From positions 3,658,001 to 3,722,000 of the forward strand of contig JAQOWU010000008.1 in the NCBI GenBank assembly GCA_030867685.1: DNA of 64,000 bases, written 5' to 3'. The position numbers were made by a program, and so were the translations under genes. This DNA is from Wickerhamiella versatilis. Lineage: Eukaryota. The notes below the pieces were generated by a model. That model was not told the origin of the DNA, ran no database searches, and saw nothing but the letters and a program-made list of their open reading frames with translations. This document shows, piece by piece, positions 50,650 to 60,655 of this stretch (its first letter is position 1; each line of letters begins with the position of its first letter).

Positions 50650-53600
50650 ATGCCTTCTGAGAAGAGTGGATCGCTTGTGTTGGAGAATACCACACGCCGT
50701 GATGCACTTATTGCCATAGAGCAAAAGTATCAGGCTCTTTGGGGTGAAGAAAAAATTTTTGAGCAAAATGCGCCTGAGGCGGATGATCTAACCCTTGAGG
50801 AGCTGCATGAAAAATATCCAAAGTTCATGGCCTGTATGGCTTACCCTTATATGAATGGTGTCCTTCATGCAGGACATGCTTTTACCCTGTCAAAAGCGGA
50901 GTTTGCTATCGGTTACGAACGTATGCTAGGGAAAAGAGCTTTGTTCCCTATGGGCTTTCACTGCACCGGACTACCTATTAAAGCATGTGCAGATAAACTC
51001 AAGCGAGAAATTGATCTATTTGGTGTGAATTTTGACAAAGATCCTGAATCGCAGGAAGAAGAAGCACCACAGGAGAAGGAAGCGCGCGAGCGGGACCCAA
51101 CAAAATTTCAGTCGAATAAGTCAAAAGCCGCAGCCAAGCAAGGTACAGGAAAGTACCAATGGCAGATCATGCTTCAACTTGGAATTCCTCGGGAGGATAT
51201 CCATAAATTCTCTGATGCAAATTACTGGATTGATTATTTCCCTCCTCTATGCGAAGCTGACTGCAAGCTTCTAGGAGCACGTATTGATTGGAGACGTTCA
51301 TTTGTGACCACAGATGTGAATCCATATTACGACGCTTTCGTCAAATGGCAGATGAAGGCCCTGAAGGCTGCAGGAAAAATTAAATTCGGAAAGCGCTATT
51401 CCATTTTTAGCCCTAAGGACAATCAGCCTTGTATGGACCATGACCGTGCAAGTGGTGAGGGTGTAGGCCCTCAGGAGTATGTTGGAATTAAAATCACGCT
51501 TCAACATATTCCTGATGTCTTAAAGAGCAAACTTACCCCTGGCAAGCCAGTCCATCTTGTGGCCGCCACCCTTCGCCCTGAGACCATGTATGGCCAGACA
51601 TGTTGCTTTGTTTCTCCCAAGATAAACTATGGCGTATATGACAGAGGGGACGAATATGTTGTGTGCACTGAGCGGGCTTATCGTAACATGTGCTTCCAGG
51701 ACTTGACACCGCGATGGGGAGATTACACTGCAACGGCTCATGTGAATGGATCTGAGCTCGTTGGTCTTCCTATTCGCGCGCCTTTGGCCGCGTACGATAC
51801 CTTGTATGTCTTACCAATGGAAACTATTCTACCTACTAAAGGCACGGGCGTGGTTACTTGCGTGCCTTCTGATTCTCCAGATGACTATATCACGACATTT
51901 GACCTTAAAAAGAAACCAGAATTCTACGGTATCAAGCCGGAATGGGTTCTGGAGCCGGTCTCAGTGTTGCGTCTTCCATCATATGGGGACTTCGCTGCTA
52001 AGACTCTTGTAGAGAAATTCAAGATCCAGAGTCCAAAGGATAAGGACCGTCTTGCCCAAGCTAAGGAAGCTGCCTATAAGGAAGGCTTCTATCAGGGTAT
52101 CATGAATGTTGGACCTTACAAGGGTGAGAAGGTCGATGTCGCGAAGCCTAAGATCCGAGATGCTCTTGTTTCTGCAGGAAATGCATTCGTATATTCGGAA
52201 CCCGAAGGACAGGTGGTTTCTCGTAGTGGAGACCAGTGTGTTGTATCTCTCCAGGACCAATGGTTTACCAATTATGGTGAAGACGAGTGGAAGGAGAAGA
52301 CGATTAAACTCCTCTCTCGTCTTGAGACCTATAGTCAAGAGACTCGCAACGGGTTTGAACATGTCCTTGGATGGATGCATGAATGGGCCCTTTCACGGAC
52401 GTATGGTCTTGGAACCCATATTCCGTGGGATCCTCAATACCTAGTGGAATCTCTCAGTGATTCTACAGTATACATGGCTTATTACACTATTTGCCATCTT
52501 CTCCACAGTGATATCAAGGGTCAGACGCCTGGTGTGCTAGGTATCTCTGCTGAGGACATGACTGATGAAGTATGGAACTATGTTTTCCACATCAAACAGG
52601 ATGTTTCGGCTGATTGCCGTATTCCGAAGGACAAACTTGAGCGGATGAGAAGAGAGTTCCGCTACTTCTATCCTTTGGACCTTCGTGTCTCTGCTAAGGA
52701 TCTCATTCCGAACCACCTTACTATGTTTTTGTACTGTCACACGGCGTTGTTCCCCGAAGAATTCTGGCCACGTAGCATTCGCGCCAACGGCCATCTTCTT
52801 CTCAATAACGAGAAGATGTCAAAATCGACTGGTAATTTTATGACCCTGCGCCAAATGCTTCAGAAGTTCGGTACTGATGCATCTAGGATTGCTCTTGCTG
52901 ATGCAGGTGATACAATGGAAGATGCTAATTTCGATGAACAATCCGCTAATGCTGCCATTCTTCGTTTGTATACGTTGAAGGAATGGCTCGAATTTGTCGC
53001 TGCCAATCCCCAAGATCTACGAACTACGGGTCCTTTCAATTTTTATGATAAGGTATTCGAGGCTGAGCTAGATAAGCTTATTTGCGATGCCCGTGCTGCG
53101 TACGAAGCTGCAAATTACAAGCAAGCTCTCAAGTCTGGTCTTTTTGACCTTCAAATCACTCGTGACTACTATCGTGATGTCACCAATTCACTGGGCCTAA
53201 AGATGCACCATGATTTGGCACTGAGATATGCCGAAGTCCAGTCATTGTTGATTCTTCCTATTGCTCCGCACTTCGCCGAACATGTCTGGTCCGAAGTTTT
53301 GAAGAAGGGTAGTAGTATCCAGAATGCTAAGTTCCCGGAGCCTAAAGCGCCTCTTAATGAGGAGCTTTTAGGGGCCATCACATACATCCGCGAATTGTCA
53401 AGATCTATTCGGGAGGCAGAGGGTCAGCTACACCGTAAAACAAAGAAGGGTAAGGCACCTTCTGTTGATACGAAAAAGCCATGCCTCCTTCAGATTTTTA
53501 TCGCTGACTCTTTCCCATCATGGCAGGACCCATATGTTGATCTGGTTCAGCAGCAGCTTGAAACCCTTGATTTTAAGGACATGACAGGAAACTTCAAACG

Positions 53601-53925
53601 TGAAGTGTCTAAGCTTGGAGATCCGAAACGTGGATTGCAATTCGTCAATACACTTAGACAGCACATTCTTGCAGGAACACCAGCCTCTACCGTGCTAGAT
53701 CGTAAGCTTCACTTCGATGAATACGAGACGGCTAAGAATGCAATTGATGTTTTCCGTCGCAGTGCGCAGGGTGTTGATATCGCTAAAGTTCAGCTCATAG
53801 TAGTTGAACAAGGCACCAACACTGGCCACGACCTTCTCACTTCCGAGAAAGTTGAGGTTCCTGCCACTAAGGTGGTTACGGAAGCTACTCCAGGTAACCC
53901 AGGCGTGCAAATATCAAACATTTAA
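50650..53925 (+). CDS. CDC60: Cytosolic leucyl-tRNA synthetase (alternative upstream in-frame ATG at 50626)
   Basis: YPYMNGVLHAGH, ATLRPET, GTGVVTCVPSDSPDD, KMSKS. Confidence 0.96.
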   Translation: MPSEKSGSLVLENTTRRDALIAIEQKYQALWGEEKIFEQNAPEADDLTLEELHEKYPKFMACMAYPYMNGVLHAGHAFTLSKAEFAIGYERMLGKRALFPMGFHCTGLPIKACADKLKREIDLFGVNFDKDPESQEEEAPQEKEARERDPTKFQSNKSKAAAKQGTGKYQWQIMLQLGIPREDIHKFSDANYWIDYFPPLCEADCKLLGARIDWRRSFVTTDVNPYYDAFVKWQMKALKAAGKIKFGKRYSIFSPKDNQPCMDHDRASGEGVGPQEYVGIKITLQHIPDVLKSKLTPGKPVHLVAATLRPETMYGQTCCFVSPKINYGVYDRGDEYVVCTERAYRNMCFQDLTPRWGDYTATAHVNGSELVGLPIRAPLAAYDTLYVLPMETILPTKGTGVVTCVPSDSPDDYITTFDLKKKPEFYGIKPEWVLEPVSVLRLPSYGDFAAKTLVEKFKIQSPKDKDRLAQAKEAAYKEGFYQGIMNVGPYKGEKVDVAKPKIRDALVSAGNAFVYSEPEGQVVSRSGDQCVVSLQDQWFTNYGEDEWKEKTIKLLSRLETYSQETRNGFEHVLGWMHEWALSRTYGLGTHIPWDPQYLVESLSDSTVYMAYYTICHLLHSDIKGQTPGVLGISAEDMTDEVWNYVFHIKQDVSADCRIPKDKLERMRREFRYFYPLDLRVSAKDLIPNHLTMFLYCHTALFPEEFWPRSIRANGHLLLNNEKMSKSTGNFMTLRQMLQKFGTDASRIALADAGDTMEDANFDEQSANAAILRLYTLKEWLEFVAANPQDLRTTGPFNFYDKVFEAELDKLICDARAAYEAANYKQALKSGLFDLQITRDYYRDVTNSLGLKMHHDLALRYAEVQSLLILPIAPHFAEHVWSEVLKKGSSIQNAKFPEPKAPLNEELLGAITYIRELSRSIREAEGQLHRKTKKGKAPSVDTKKPCLLQIFIADSFPSWQDPYVDLVQQQLETLDFKDMTGNFKREVSKLGDPKRGLQFVNTLRQHILAGTPASTVLDRKLHFDEYETAKNAIDVFRRSAQGVDIAKVQLIVVEQGTNTGHDLLTSEKVEVPATKVVTEATPGNPGVQISNI

Positions 53926-53955
53926 TTTCTAAGAGTATAATAAATAGGATCTTTA

Positions 53956-55677
53956 TTATTCTTCCTCAATACGGGATGCAAAGCGATGACGCAATGAGGC
54001 CAGGCGTGAAGAATGTGCTGCCGCCTCTTCGCTAGCGGTCGAAGGCCGCTTTGCTATAGGAGATTGCTGCTTCCGCGCTCTTATGCGTGCCTCTGTCTTT
54101 CCAGCAAATTCAGGTGAAGATTCCATCAACAGTTGAGATGCATGTGATATTTGAGACTTTTGAGAGAGCAGAGACGCATCTGAGTAGGACGACTTTGGTC
54201 TTGAGAGAGATGAAGAGTTTCTTGGAGATCCACTACTGGCACTCATAAAACTCATTTGTTGACCTTGACCACCAGATTTGCTCCAAGTTGTATTAGAGGG
54301 CCGTAATACTTTTTTTTGGGTGCTGGTCTCTGAACCCAACACAGGTGATGCTGGAGCAGAAGGGTATGGTGTATGCTCTTGTTTAACGTTCGAAATTTCT
54401 TTTCGGCCAGTCCTACGAAAAGCAGCCAGTAAACGGTTTAATGGCTTGACTTGAGGGCGCTTCTCGTATATATCGCTGTCCAGAGATATGCTTTGCTCTA
54501 CCTTGTCACCAGTTACTGCAGAGAGCGTGGGCGACGTAAATGATTTTCGAACACGGGACAGCGACCTTTCGCTCCGGCCGCCGCGCATCCTTTCTTTATC
54601 AAGCTGCCGGTCCAAAGCTGTATACCAAAGACCATAAAGTGAGTCGCATTTATGCGATGCCACTGCCTGGGCCACGGAACGTATGTCAATATTCATTCCT
54701 TGCATATTTTTTAAAATACGTTTCTCTGCCCTGGTGGTAAACAACTTGGGTTGAGGCATCTCTAGTATTGCTAGCTGGTAGGAACCATAGTCACCAAGAG
54801 ATGGGTGTTTTAATATTTCGACAGCTTTGGGTCTTCTACGAGGGTCTTTTTGGAGCATCGACTGGACAAGCTCGATCATTTGCGTATACTCTTCACTTTG
54901 CGAGTGATCACCAGGCGTGAATGGCAAATCCCAAGATGGCTCGCCTTCAACAACTCTAGTTGCTGTTGCGACAGCTCCTATATCATCGTCAAAAGGAAGC
55001 TGTCCATACATTACAGCATAGAAGATGACACCAAGCGACCATATATCTGCAGGTTCAGGATGATACTTCTGATGTAGCAATAGCTCGGGCGCCATATAGG
55101 ACTCAGTGCCACAGACAGTTTCAAGCATTGCTCTAGGCAAGTAGCTGCGCGTGAAGCCAAAGTCTCCAAGCTTGACATCACCGTCGCCATCTAAAAGAAC
55201 ATTCTCGAGCTTCAGGTCACGATGTGCTACATTACGCGAGTGAACATATGCTACAGCACCTGCCAGCTGAGCCCATAATTTCTGTACACGTGGAGGTCTT
55301 AAGTGCCCGTGTGCCACAAGGTGTGAGTAAAGTTCATAGCCTCCACAATACTCTAATACTAGCCACACGTTATCCCCCAAGATGATGTACTCATATAGCC
55401 TAGCAATATGAGGATGGTGGAACATGCGCAAGTTAGCTATTTCTGCCGCAAGGTTCAGCTGTGACTTGTTGGCACTTTTCAGAACAACCTCCTGTCTGGT
55501 CATCACATGTATGGCCAAAAAGACACTGGAAAACGACCCTTCACCAATTTTACGAACAATTTCATAGTTTCCAACTCGGTTTGAGCTTGCTGAGCCATTT
55601 AACTCCTGCTGCACACGTTGAAGGCCCAGGTCCATCCATGCACGATTACTCAACCGGTGGTCCCTACCGCGGTCCAT
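53956..55677 (-). CDS. CAMK-like Ser/Thr kinase (fungal Ppk16-like)
   Basis: VGNY..IGEGSFSSV, VVLKS, HRDLKLEN, DFGFTR, CGTESYMAPE. Confidence 0.88.
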   Translation of the reverse strand: MDRGRDHRLSNRAWMDLGLQRVQQELNGSASSNRVGNYEIVRKIGEGSFSSVFLAIHVMTRQEVVLKSANKSQLNLAAEIANLRMFHHPHIARLYEYIILGDNVWLVLEYCGGYELYSHLVAHGHLRPPRVQKLWAQLAGAVAYVHSRNVAHRDLKLENVLLDGDGDVKLGDFGFTRSYLPRAMLETVCGTESYMAPELLLHQKYHPEPADIWSLGVIFYAVMYGQLPFDDDIGAVATATRVVEGEPSWDLPFTPGDHSQSEEYTQMIELVQSMLQKDPRRRPKAVEILKHPSLGDYGSYQLAILEMPQPKLFTTRAEKRILKNMQGMNIDIRSVAQAVASHKCDSLYGLWYTALDRQLDKERMRGGRSERSLSRVRKSFTSPTLSAVTGDKVEQSISLDSDIYEKRPQVKPLNRLLAAFRRTGRKEISNVKQEHTPYPSAPASPVLGSETSTQKKVLRPSNTTWSKSGGQGQQMSFMSASSGSPRNSSSLSRPKSSYSDASLLSQKSQISHASQLLMESSPEFAGKTEARIRARKQQSPIAKRPSTASEEAAAHSSRLASLRHRFASRIEEE

Positions 55678-56472
55678 ATGTCCATTGGCAAACGTGTCTG
55701 GGCCGGCAGTTTATTAGTGCAGATCGATGTATCTGAGCCGGAAGCTGTAGTAAAGCGGTATTATCTTGCCGAAATGCATAGAATTTCGTACTGGCCTCAG
55801 TATCTCCCCGAGATATTGGCATATTTCAAAAGATACCTATCTCAATCCACTGATCAACCCTGGAGCTGGTGGCTAGAATATGAGAATCGTCCTATTCCGT
55901 GGCATGAGCCTATGGGGCTGATATTCGACAAATTGTGTCGCTCTCCTGATCTTCCATGGCAGCTGACTTTACGAGGATCCGCTAACGGTTCTACGTATCC
56001 ATCAGGCCTACTTGCGCTTGAAAACGAACTAACTGCGCGCAATTACTGGCTTAATCAAGCCAAAGAAGCATGCTACATCCGTAATGGCAACTCTAATGCC
56101 ATAATGAATTTGAGCCTAGAAAATATCCAGGAATTATGGAAAGCAATACGAAATGGCTCTTTTGAAACATTTTGGAGCATATGTGGGCCTTTTATACGCG
56201 AGCAAACTATGAGGCATGTCCCTTTAAAGATATATTGTGATGGCAGTAATGAAGTCATTCAAAGATTGGTGCGTTCGAGATTGCAAGATGGTAGACAACA
56301 ACTTTTTGAGAACTTGCTTAGATCTCTCAAGGTGGACCTAGATGGTAAGGAGTTGTACCTTCATGGTGCGAAATTACCTCTAAACGCACCTCTGTGTGAT
56401 GTCTATCTTGAGGCGATGTATCCTGATGGGTTTTTACATGTAATAATAAAGGATAAAAAATGCATAGACTAA
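55678..56472 (+). CDS. ATG5: Autophagy protein Atg5
   Basis: VWAGSL N-terminus, RISYWP, W.E...IPWHEPMGLIFD, NQAKEACYIRNG, YPDGFLHV. First ATG is at 55678. Confidence 0.92.
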   Translation: MSIGKRVWAGSLLVQIDVSEPEAVVKRYYLAEMHRISYWPQYLPEILAYFKRYLSQSTDQPWSWWLEYENRPIPWHEPMGLIFDKLCRSPDLPWQLTLRGSANGSTYPSGLLALENELTARNYWLNQAKEACYIRNGNSNAIMNLSLENIQELWKAIRNGSFETFWSICGPFIREQTMRHVPLKIYCDGSNEVIQRLVRSRLQDGRQQLFENLLRSLKVDLDGKELYLHGAKLPLNAPLCDVYLEAMYPDGFLHVIIKDKKCID

Positions 56473-56562
56473 GAACTTTTGTTTTTAGCTTGAAATAATA
56501 TTACAGCTTTATCGGATCGGATTTTTTTTTGTGACTACTGATTACTACTAGCCCATTCAGGG

Positions 56563-57963
56563 ATGGGTCATAGAGACTACCGCGCAGCTGTAGATGTTCT
56601 CAATAAGCTACAGACAAATTGGAGCGTTATAGAGGAGTTAAGAAGGGCTGGAAGACCTTTGAGAAATGAAGAACTCGTACCTGAAATGATTGAATGGACT
56701 AGGAGGATTGGGTACTCTCCCGCTGACCTTGATCGCCTAAATGTGATTCATGTAACTGGTACAAAGGGAAAGGGATCGACCTGTGCATTTACGCAGTCGA
56801 TTTTGATGCGATATCCAGGGAGGGTTGGGCTTTACTCCTCGCCGCACCTAAAGTGCTTGCGTGAACGTATCATGATCGATGGTGAGCCCATTTCAGAACA
56901 AAAGTTTGCGAAGTACTTTTTTCAGGTGTACGATAGCATTGAAAGTACATCCAGTGATCCTATCAAGTTCCCACGTCTGGGACCTGGAGTAAAACCTAAT
57001 TACTTTCGATACTTAACACTTGTGTCCTTTCATGCTTTTATACAAGAAAAGGTTGACGCTGCTGTATATGAAGTTGGTATTGGTGGCGAATATGATTCTA
57101 CTAATGTGTTCGATAAGCCATCCGCCACGGCGATTACAGCACTTGGCATAGATCACATCAACGTACTTGGTTCCACCATTGAGAGCATTGCGTGGAATAA
57201 AGCTGGTATTTTTAAGGAAAATGTTCCTGCTTTCACATTGTCGGATCAACCCGAGGCTGCTATGAAAGTTCTCGAAGATCGCGCTATAGAAAGAGGGGCC
57301 CAACTACATAAAGTACAGATACCAAAAGAAGTCGCCACTTTGAAGCTTGGTCTAGGTGGTGAATTCCAGAAAGGTAATGCGGCTTTGGCTGTTTACCTTG
57401 CCGCTACACGTCTTGGTATTGATTTAAATTCTCTGTCGAAACTTCCAGATGAATTTACTGTTGGACTAGAATCCGTAAAATGGCCTGGACGCTGCCAAAT
57501 ACTTGAAGCAGTCAACAAGAAATGGTTCATCGATGGTGCGCATACCCACGATAGCCTGGAGCAAGCAGCTAAGTGGTTTGCTAGTGTGTGTGACCCTACT
57601 GAAGTCTCATTAGTTTTCAATCAGCAAAAACGTGAAAATGTAGAGGATCTCCTTTCACACTTATATTCGGGCTTGAAGAGTAAAAATATGAAGGTAAAGG
57701 CTGCCTTTTTCACGACAAATCAAGGTCAAAGCTCGGGCTATAGAGCAGATATGATAAGCCATAATGTGTCCAAAGCCCAAGTTGATTCTCTACATGTGCA
57801 AAAATTGCTTGCTGAACGTTGGAAAAAGCTTTCACCAGAAACAGCAGATGTGCAAGTATGCTCCAGTCTTGAGGAAGTGGTGAGCAAAATAGACACCCCA
57901 CAGGTATTTGTGACCGGTTCTTTACTCATGATAGGAGCACTACTGACTGTAATAGATCCCTGA
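56563..57963 (+). CDS. MET7: Folylpolyglutamate synthetase
   Basis: LNVIHVTGTKGKGSTC, YEVGIGGEYDSTN, WPGRCQ, DGAHT, VTGSL. Confidence 0.92.
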   Translation: MGHRDYRAAVDVLNKLQTNWSVIEELRRAGRPLRNEELVPEMIEWTRRIGYSPADLDRLNVIHVTGTKGKGSTCAFTQSILMRYPGRVGLYSSPHLKCLRERIMIDGEPISEQKFAKYFFQVYDSIESTSSDPIKFPRLGPGVKPNYFRYLTLVSFHAFIQEKVDAAVYEVGIGGEYDSTNVFDKPSATAITALGIDHINVLGSTIESIAWNKAGIFKENVPAFTLSDQPEAAMKVLEDRAIERGAQLHKVQIPKEVATLKLGLGGEFQKGNAALAVYLAATRLGIDLNSLSKLPDEFTVGLESVKWPGRCQILEAVNKKWFIDGAHTHDSLEQAAKWFASVCDPTEVSLVFNQQKRENVEDLLSHLYSGLKSKNMKVKAAFFTTNQGQSSGYRADMISHNVSKAQVDSLHVQKLLAERWKKLSPETADVQVCSSLEEVVSKIDTPQVFVTGSLLMIGALLTVIDP

Positions 57964-58054
57964 GATGTAATTACGAGACTTTAATGCTTATTATAATAAT
58001 ATAGTTTAAGAACCAGAACTCGCAAAAAGGCTTACTTTATCTCTTCTAGCTAAG

Positions 58055-58945
58055 TCAAGAAGGAGCTCTCATTTGGGCTTGCAACCAAATTCGATACATT
58101 TTCAAGCGTCTTTGGCGATTTACAATAAGCCTTCTATCAGTGGCCACTTTGACGTCTTCATACCCCTTAAATATATCTGAAATTTCGTCTTCTGAAAAAA
58201 AGTATACCCGAGTGCCATCACCACGAATATAAAAATTCTCGTCCAATAGTCTGCCTTTCTTAAATCTGATCTGTGTGAGATCGAAACGGCCATAGTCCCG
58301 GAATAGTACGGTACCTCCTGGCTTGAGTATCCTACGTATGTTCATTACCGCCTGGGCCCATTGATCGGGAGATAATGCAGAGAGAACAAAAATGAGCACA
58401 ACAATGTCAACACTATGTTCAATAATACCCTCAGGCAATGTATCTGATGATAGATCCCATACCGTGGCAGAAGCATATTGTGAATTATAACTTGGCGACT
58501 GTCTAACGATTTCAACAGCACGCGGAGAGAAATCAACTCCTGTGATATGGAGCTGAGGATTCTCATTAGCCTCTAAAACAGGAAACAGTGTGTTTCCTGC
58601 ACCGCATCCAACTTCAAGAATATGTACCGGCCCATGTTCGGGTTTTGTAGCCTCGTACAAAATTGGAAACTCTACACGAAGCCACTTTCTGTCCTTGAAA
58701 AATTTCTCTCTATTATTGCGATAGAAAATATCCCAATATCTCGCTGGATTAGCCATGTATTGCTTCTTATCGAAATCATTGACAGGTGCCAGTTTCTGGT
58801 CAGCTATTTTTTTTTCTGCTTCTAGCTTTTGCTCTTCTCCCCATTCCACATGATCCCAGGCATTATGGCTCCAAACATCATCCTCATTATTTAAATATCG
58901 TTGACCGAATTCAAATGGCCGGTCATTGCGCTCACTACGCTCCAT
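58055..58945 (-). CDS. TRM140: tRNA m3C32 methyltransferase (Trm140/METTL2 family)
   Basis: FGQRYL, HNAWDHVEW, FFKDRKWL, EVGCGAGNT, RDYGRFD, YIRGDGTRVYFF. Confidence 0.9.
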   Translation of the reverse strand: MERSERNDRPFEFGQRYLNNEDDVWSHNAWDHVEWGEEQKLEAEKKIADQKLAPVNDFDKKQYMANPARYWDIFYRNNREKFFKDRKWLRVEFPILYEATKPEHGPVHILEVGCGAGNTLFPVLEANENPQLHITGVDFSPRAVEIVRQSPSYNSQYASATVWDLSSDTLPEGIIEHSVDIVVLIFVLSALSPDQWAQAVMNIRRILKPGGTVLFRDYGRFDLTQIRFKKGRLLDENFYIRGDGTRVYFFSEDEISDIFKGYEDVKVATDRRLIVNRQRRLKMYRIWLQAQMRAPS

Positions 58946-59154
58946 TTAACGTGGTGGGACCAGATTTTTCACTTGGATGGGCCTAATATATTACTCATAC
59001 AATTTAGAATTGATCGCAGCTCCTAAGCAAACACTATATCTGCAGAGAGAACAGAAACATTATCAGTGACAGTTGTATTACGATAAGTGTTAACACTGAT
59101 GTTTCGGTCTCCTGAAAAGTATCTGTGGTATGATACTGTGATGAGAAAAAAAAA

Positions 59155-59238
59155 TGAGGCCGACAGGAATCGAACCTGCAACCCTTTGAAATCCGGCTAT
59201 CGCTGGAGTCAAAAGCTCTACCATTGAGCCACAGCCCC
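59155..59238 (-). tRNA. tRNA-Trp(CCA) with 12-nt intron (59191-59202)
   Basis: Acceptor stem GGGGCTG/CGGCCTC, D-arm GCTCAATGGTAGAGC, anticodon stem TTTGA/TCAAA with CT-CCA-G, T-loop TTCGATT, followed by a T9 terminator. Confidence 0.95.
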
Positions 59239-59445
59239 TACTGTGTGTTATATAAGGCTGGTCTAAAACCTAAGTGTCCATCAAGTAAAGTTCACCCACG
59301 TTTATCCAGTCAACGCGATGTAGGAAAGTGCTTATGGATATTTGGCAACCTGAATGAACACTGGGCCTAGGTTGTGTTATAGAATACGTTTGTCTCAGTA
59401 GTTTATGTGTATATATGTTTGGTGCTCTGAGTTTACAGATTCGCG

Positions 59446-59517
59446 TTCCCAATGGCCCAATGGCAAGGCGTCTGACTACGAATCAGAAGATTCCAGGTTC
59501 GACCCCTGGTTGGGAAG
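59446..59517 (+). tRNA. tRNA-Arg(ACG)
   Basis: Acceptor stem TTCCCAA/TTGGGAA, anticodon arm TCTGA-CTACGAA-TCAGA, T-arm CCAGG-TTCGACC-CCTGG. Confidence 0.95.
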
Positions 59518-59620
59518 TAGAATGATGGTTGAACTCCATTAACTTTACTGATTTTTAGGGTGAAGCGTTATCTTTTAAAATTAATTTGGTAGATCAACGA
59601 ATTCTACTGTTGTTTTACCG

Positions 59621-60655
59621 TTACGCATGTTCCGTTTCGACGTCTACGCGCTCTCCATCTTTGTTAGCGGAATCCACAATTGCATTTATTATGGCAAAGT
59701 GGTGGAAGCCCTTTGCTGGTGTCGAAAGTATAAGTTTCTTATTGTTTTCAGCAACGGCATTCCTGAAATTCGCAAACTCAGGTACAAGTCCATTAACCTG
59801 TTCAGGTTCAATTTCGACATATGTACTGCTGGTATCCTTGATACCTAAGCCGCGATATATGCTTAACGAAGGTGTCTCGCCAAAAGCGGCGCTCAATAAG
59901 ATAGATCCTTTAGTACCAAATATTTCCAGTTTGAATGTTGGTTTACAGGAAGCAAGGTCACGGCTACAAATAAAATTGCCAAATACACCAGACTCCATGT
60001 TAAATTGGGCGCTTACTACATCGATAGCATTTGATGCAGGTTGGAGCTGTCTGGCTCTTGCAGACAACGTCTTGACTGGTCCAAGCACCTCCGTTAGAAG
60101 ACCCATATCATGTACACAAGCGTCTGCTATTGGTCCACCTACATGCTTAGGAAACTGTCGCCACTTTGTCGAAGCATATTTTGATACGATAAAGCCATTT
60201 GTGCGCTGATAAACAAACGTGACTACTTCCCCTATCTCATTGAGCCTCCGCTTGAGCTCCTTTGTCCTATTCTGGTAACACCAATTTTCGAGGATCATCA
60301 CAGGTAAATTGGTTGAGTTTGAAAGATTCACAATCTTCCTGGCGTCCCCTAGATCAGCTGCTATTGGCTTTTCGAAACAGACAGGTTTACCAGCTGCTAT
60401 CACTTTCGATATGGCAGCCCAATTATCACACACAGGCAGAAGCACATCTACAGCCTCAACGTTTGGATCATTTAAGAGTTCCTCCAGCGTATCGTATACT
60501 TTCGGAACTCCAAACTCTGCAGCAAACCTTTCCGCCTTTTCTCTTGTACGATTAGTGCAGGCAACAACATTATATCCTCCTGTTGCTTTCAATGCAGCCA
60601 TATGTGAGTCGCGTGCAAAGATGCCAGTCCCCACTATACCTACGTTTACAACCAT
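59621..60655 (-). CDS. Gfo/Idh/MocA-family NAD(P)-dependent oxidoreductase (YMR315W-like)
   Basis: VGIVGTGIFARDSH, EKPIA, ILENW, WRQ.P.H.GG...D..VH. Start taken at MVVNVG (60655); an upstream ATG exists at 60709. Confidence 0.88.
   Translation of the reverse strand: MVVNVGIVGTGIFARDSHMAALKATGGYNVVACTNRTREKAERFAAEFGVPKVYDTLEELLNDPNVEAVDVLLPVCDNWAAISKVIAAGKPVCFEKPIAADLGDARKIVNLSNSTNLPVMILENWCYQNRTKELKRRLNEIGEVVTFVYQRTNGFIVSKYASTKWRQFPKHVGGPIADACVHDMGLLTEVLGPVKTLSARARQLQPASNAIDVVSAQFNMESGVFGNFICSRDLASCKPTFKLEIFGTKGSILLSAAFGETPSLSIYRGLGIKDTSSTYVEIEPEQVNGLVPEFANFRNAVAENNKKLILSTPAKGFHHFAIINAIVDSANKDGERVDVETEHA

Noticed and set aside
55210-55222. Alternative yeast code (CUG=Ser or Ala)
   Set aside because: CTG encodes the conserved Leu of the kinase HRDLKLEN motif, supporting the standard code.
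6280-56472. Three autophagy genes (VPS30, ATG11, ATG5) in one window as a functional cluster
   Set aside because: They are separated by more than 20 kb of unrelated genes; compatible with chance.
59155-59238. tRNA-Trp as a UGA-readthrough (shortened anticodon stem) variant
   Set aside because: The anticodon stem is a normal 5-bp Watson-Crick stem, and TGA is used as a stop in this window.
59621-60655. Bacterial horizontal transfer origin of the Gfo/Idh/MocA gene
   Set aside because: The GTGIFARD.H motif matches a native yeast subfamily, and I see no compositional or operon-like evidence; a phylogeny would be needed.
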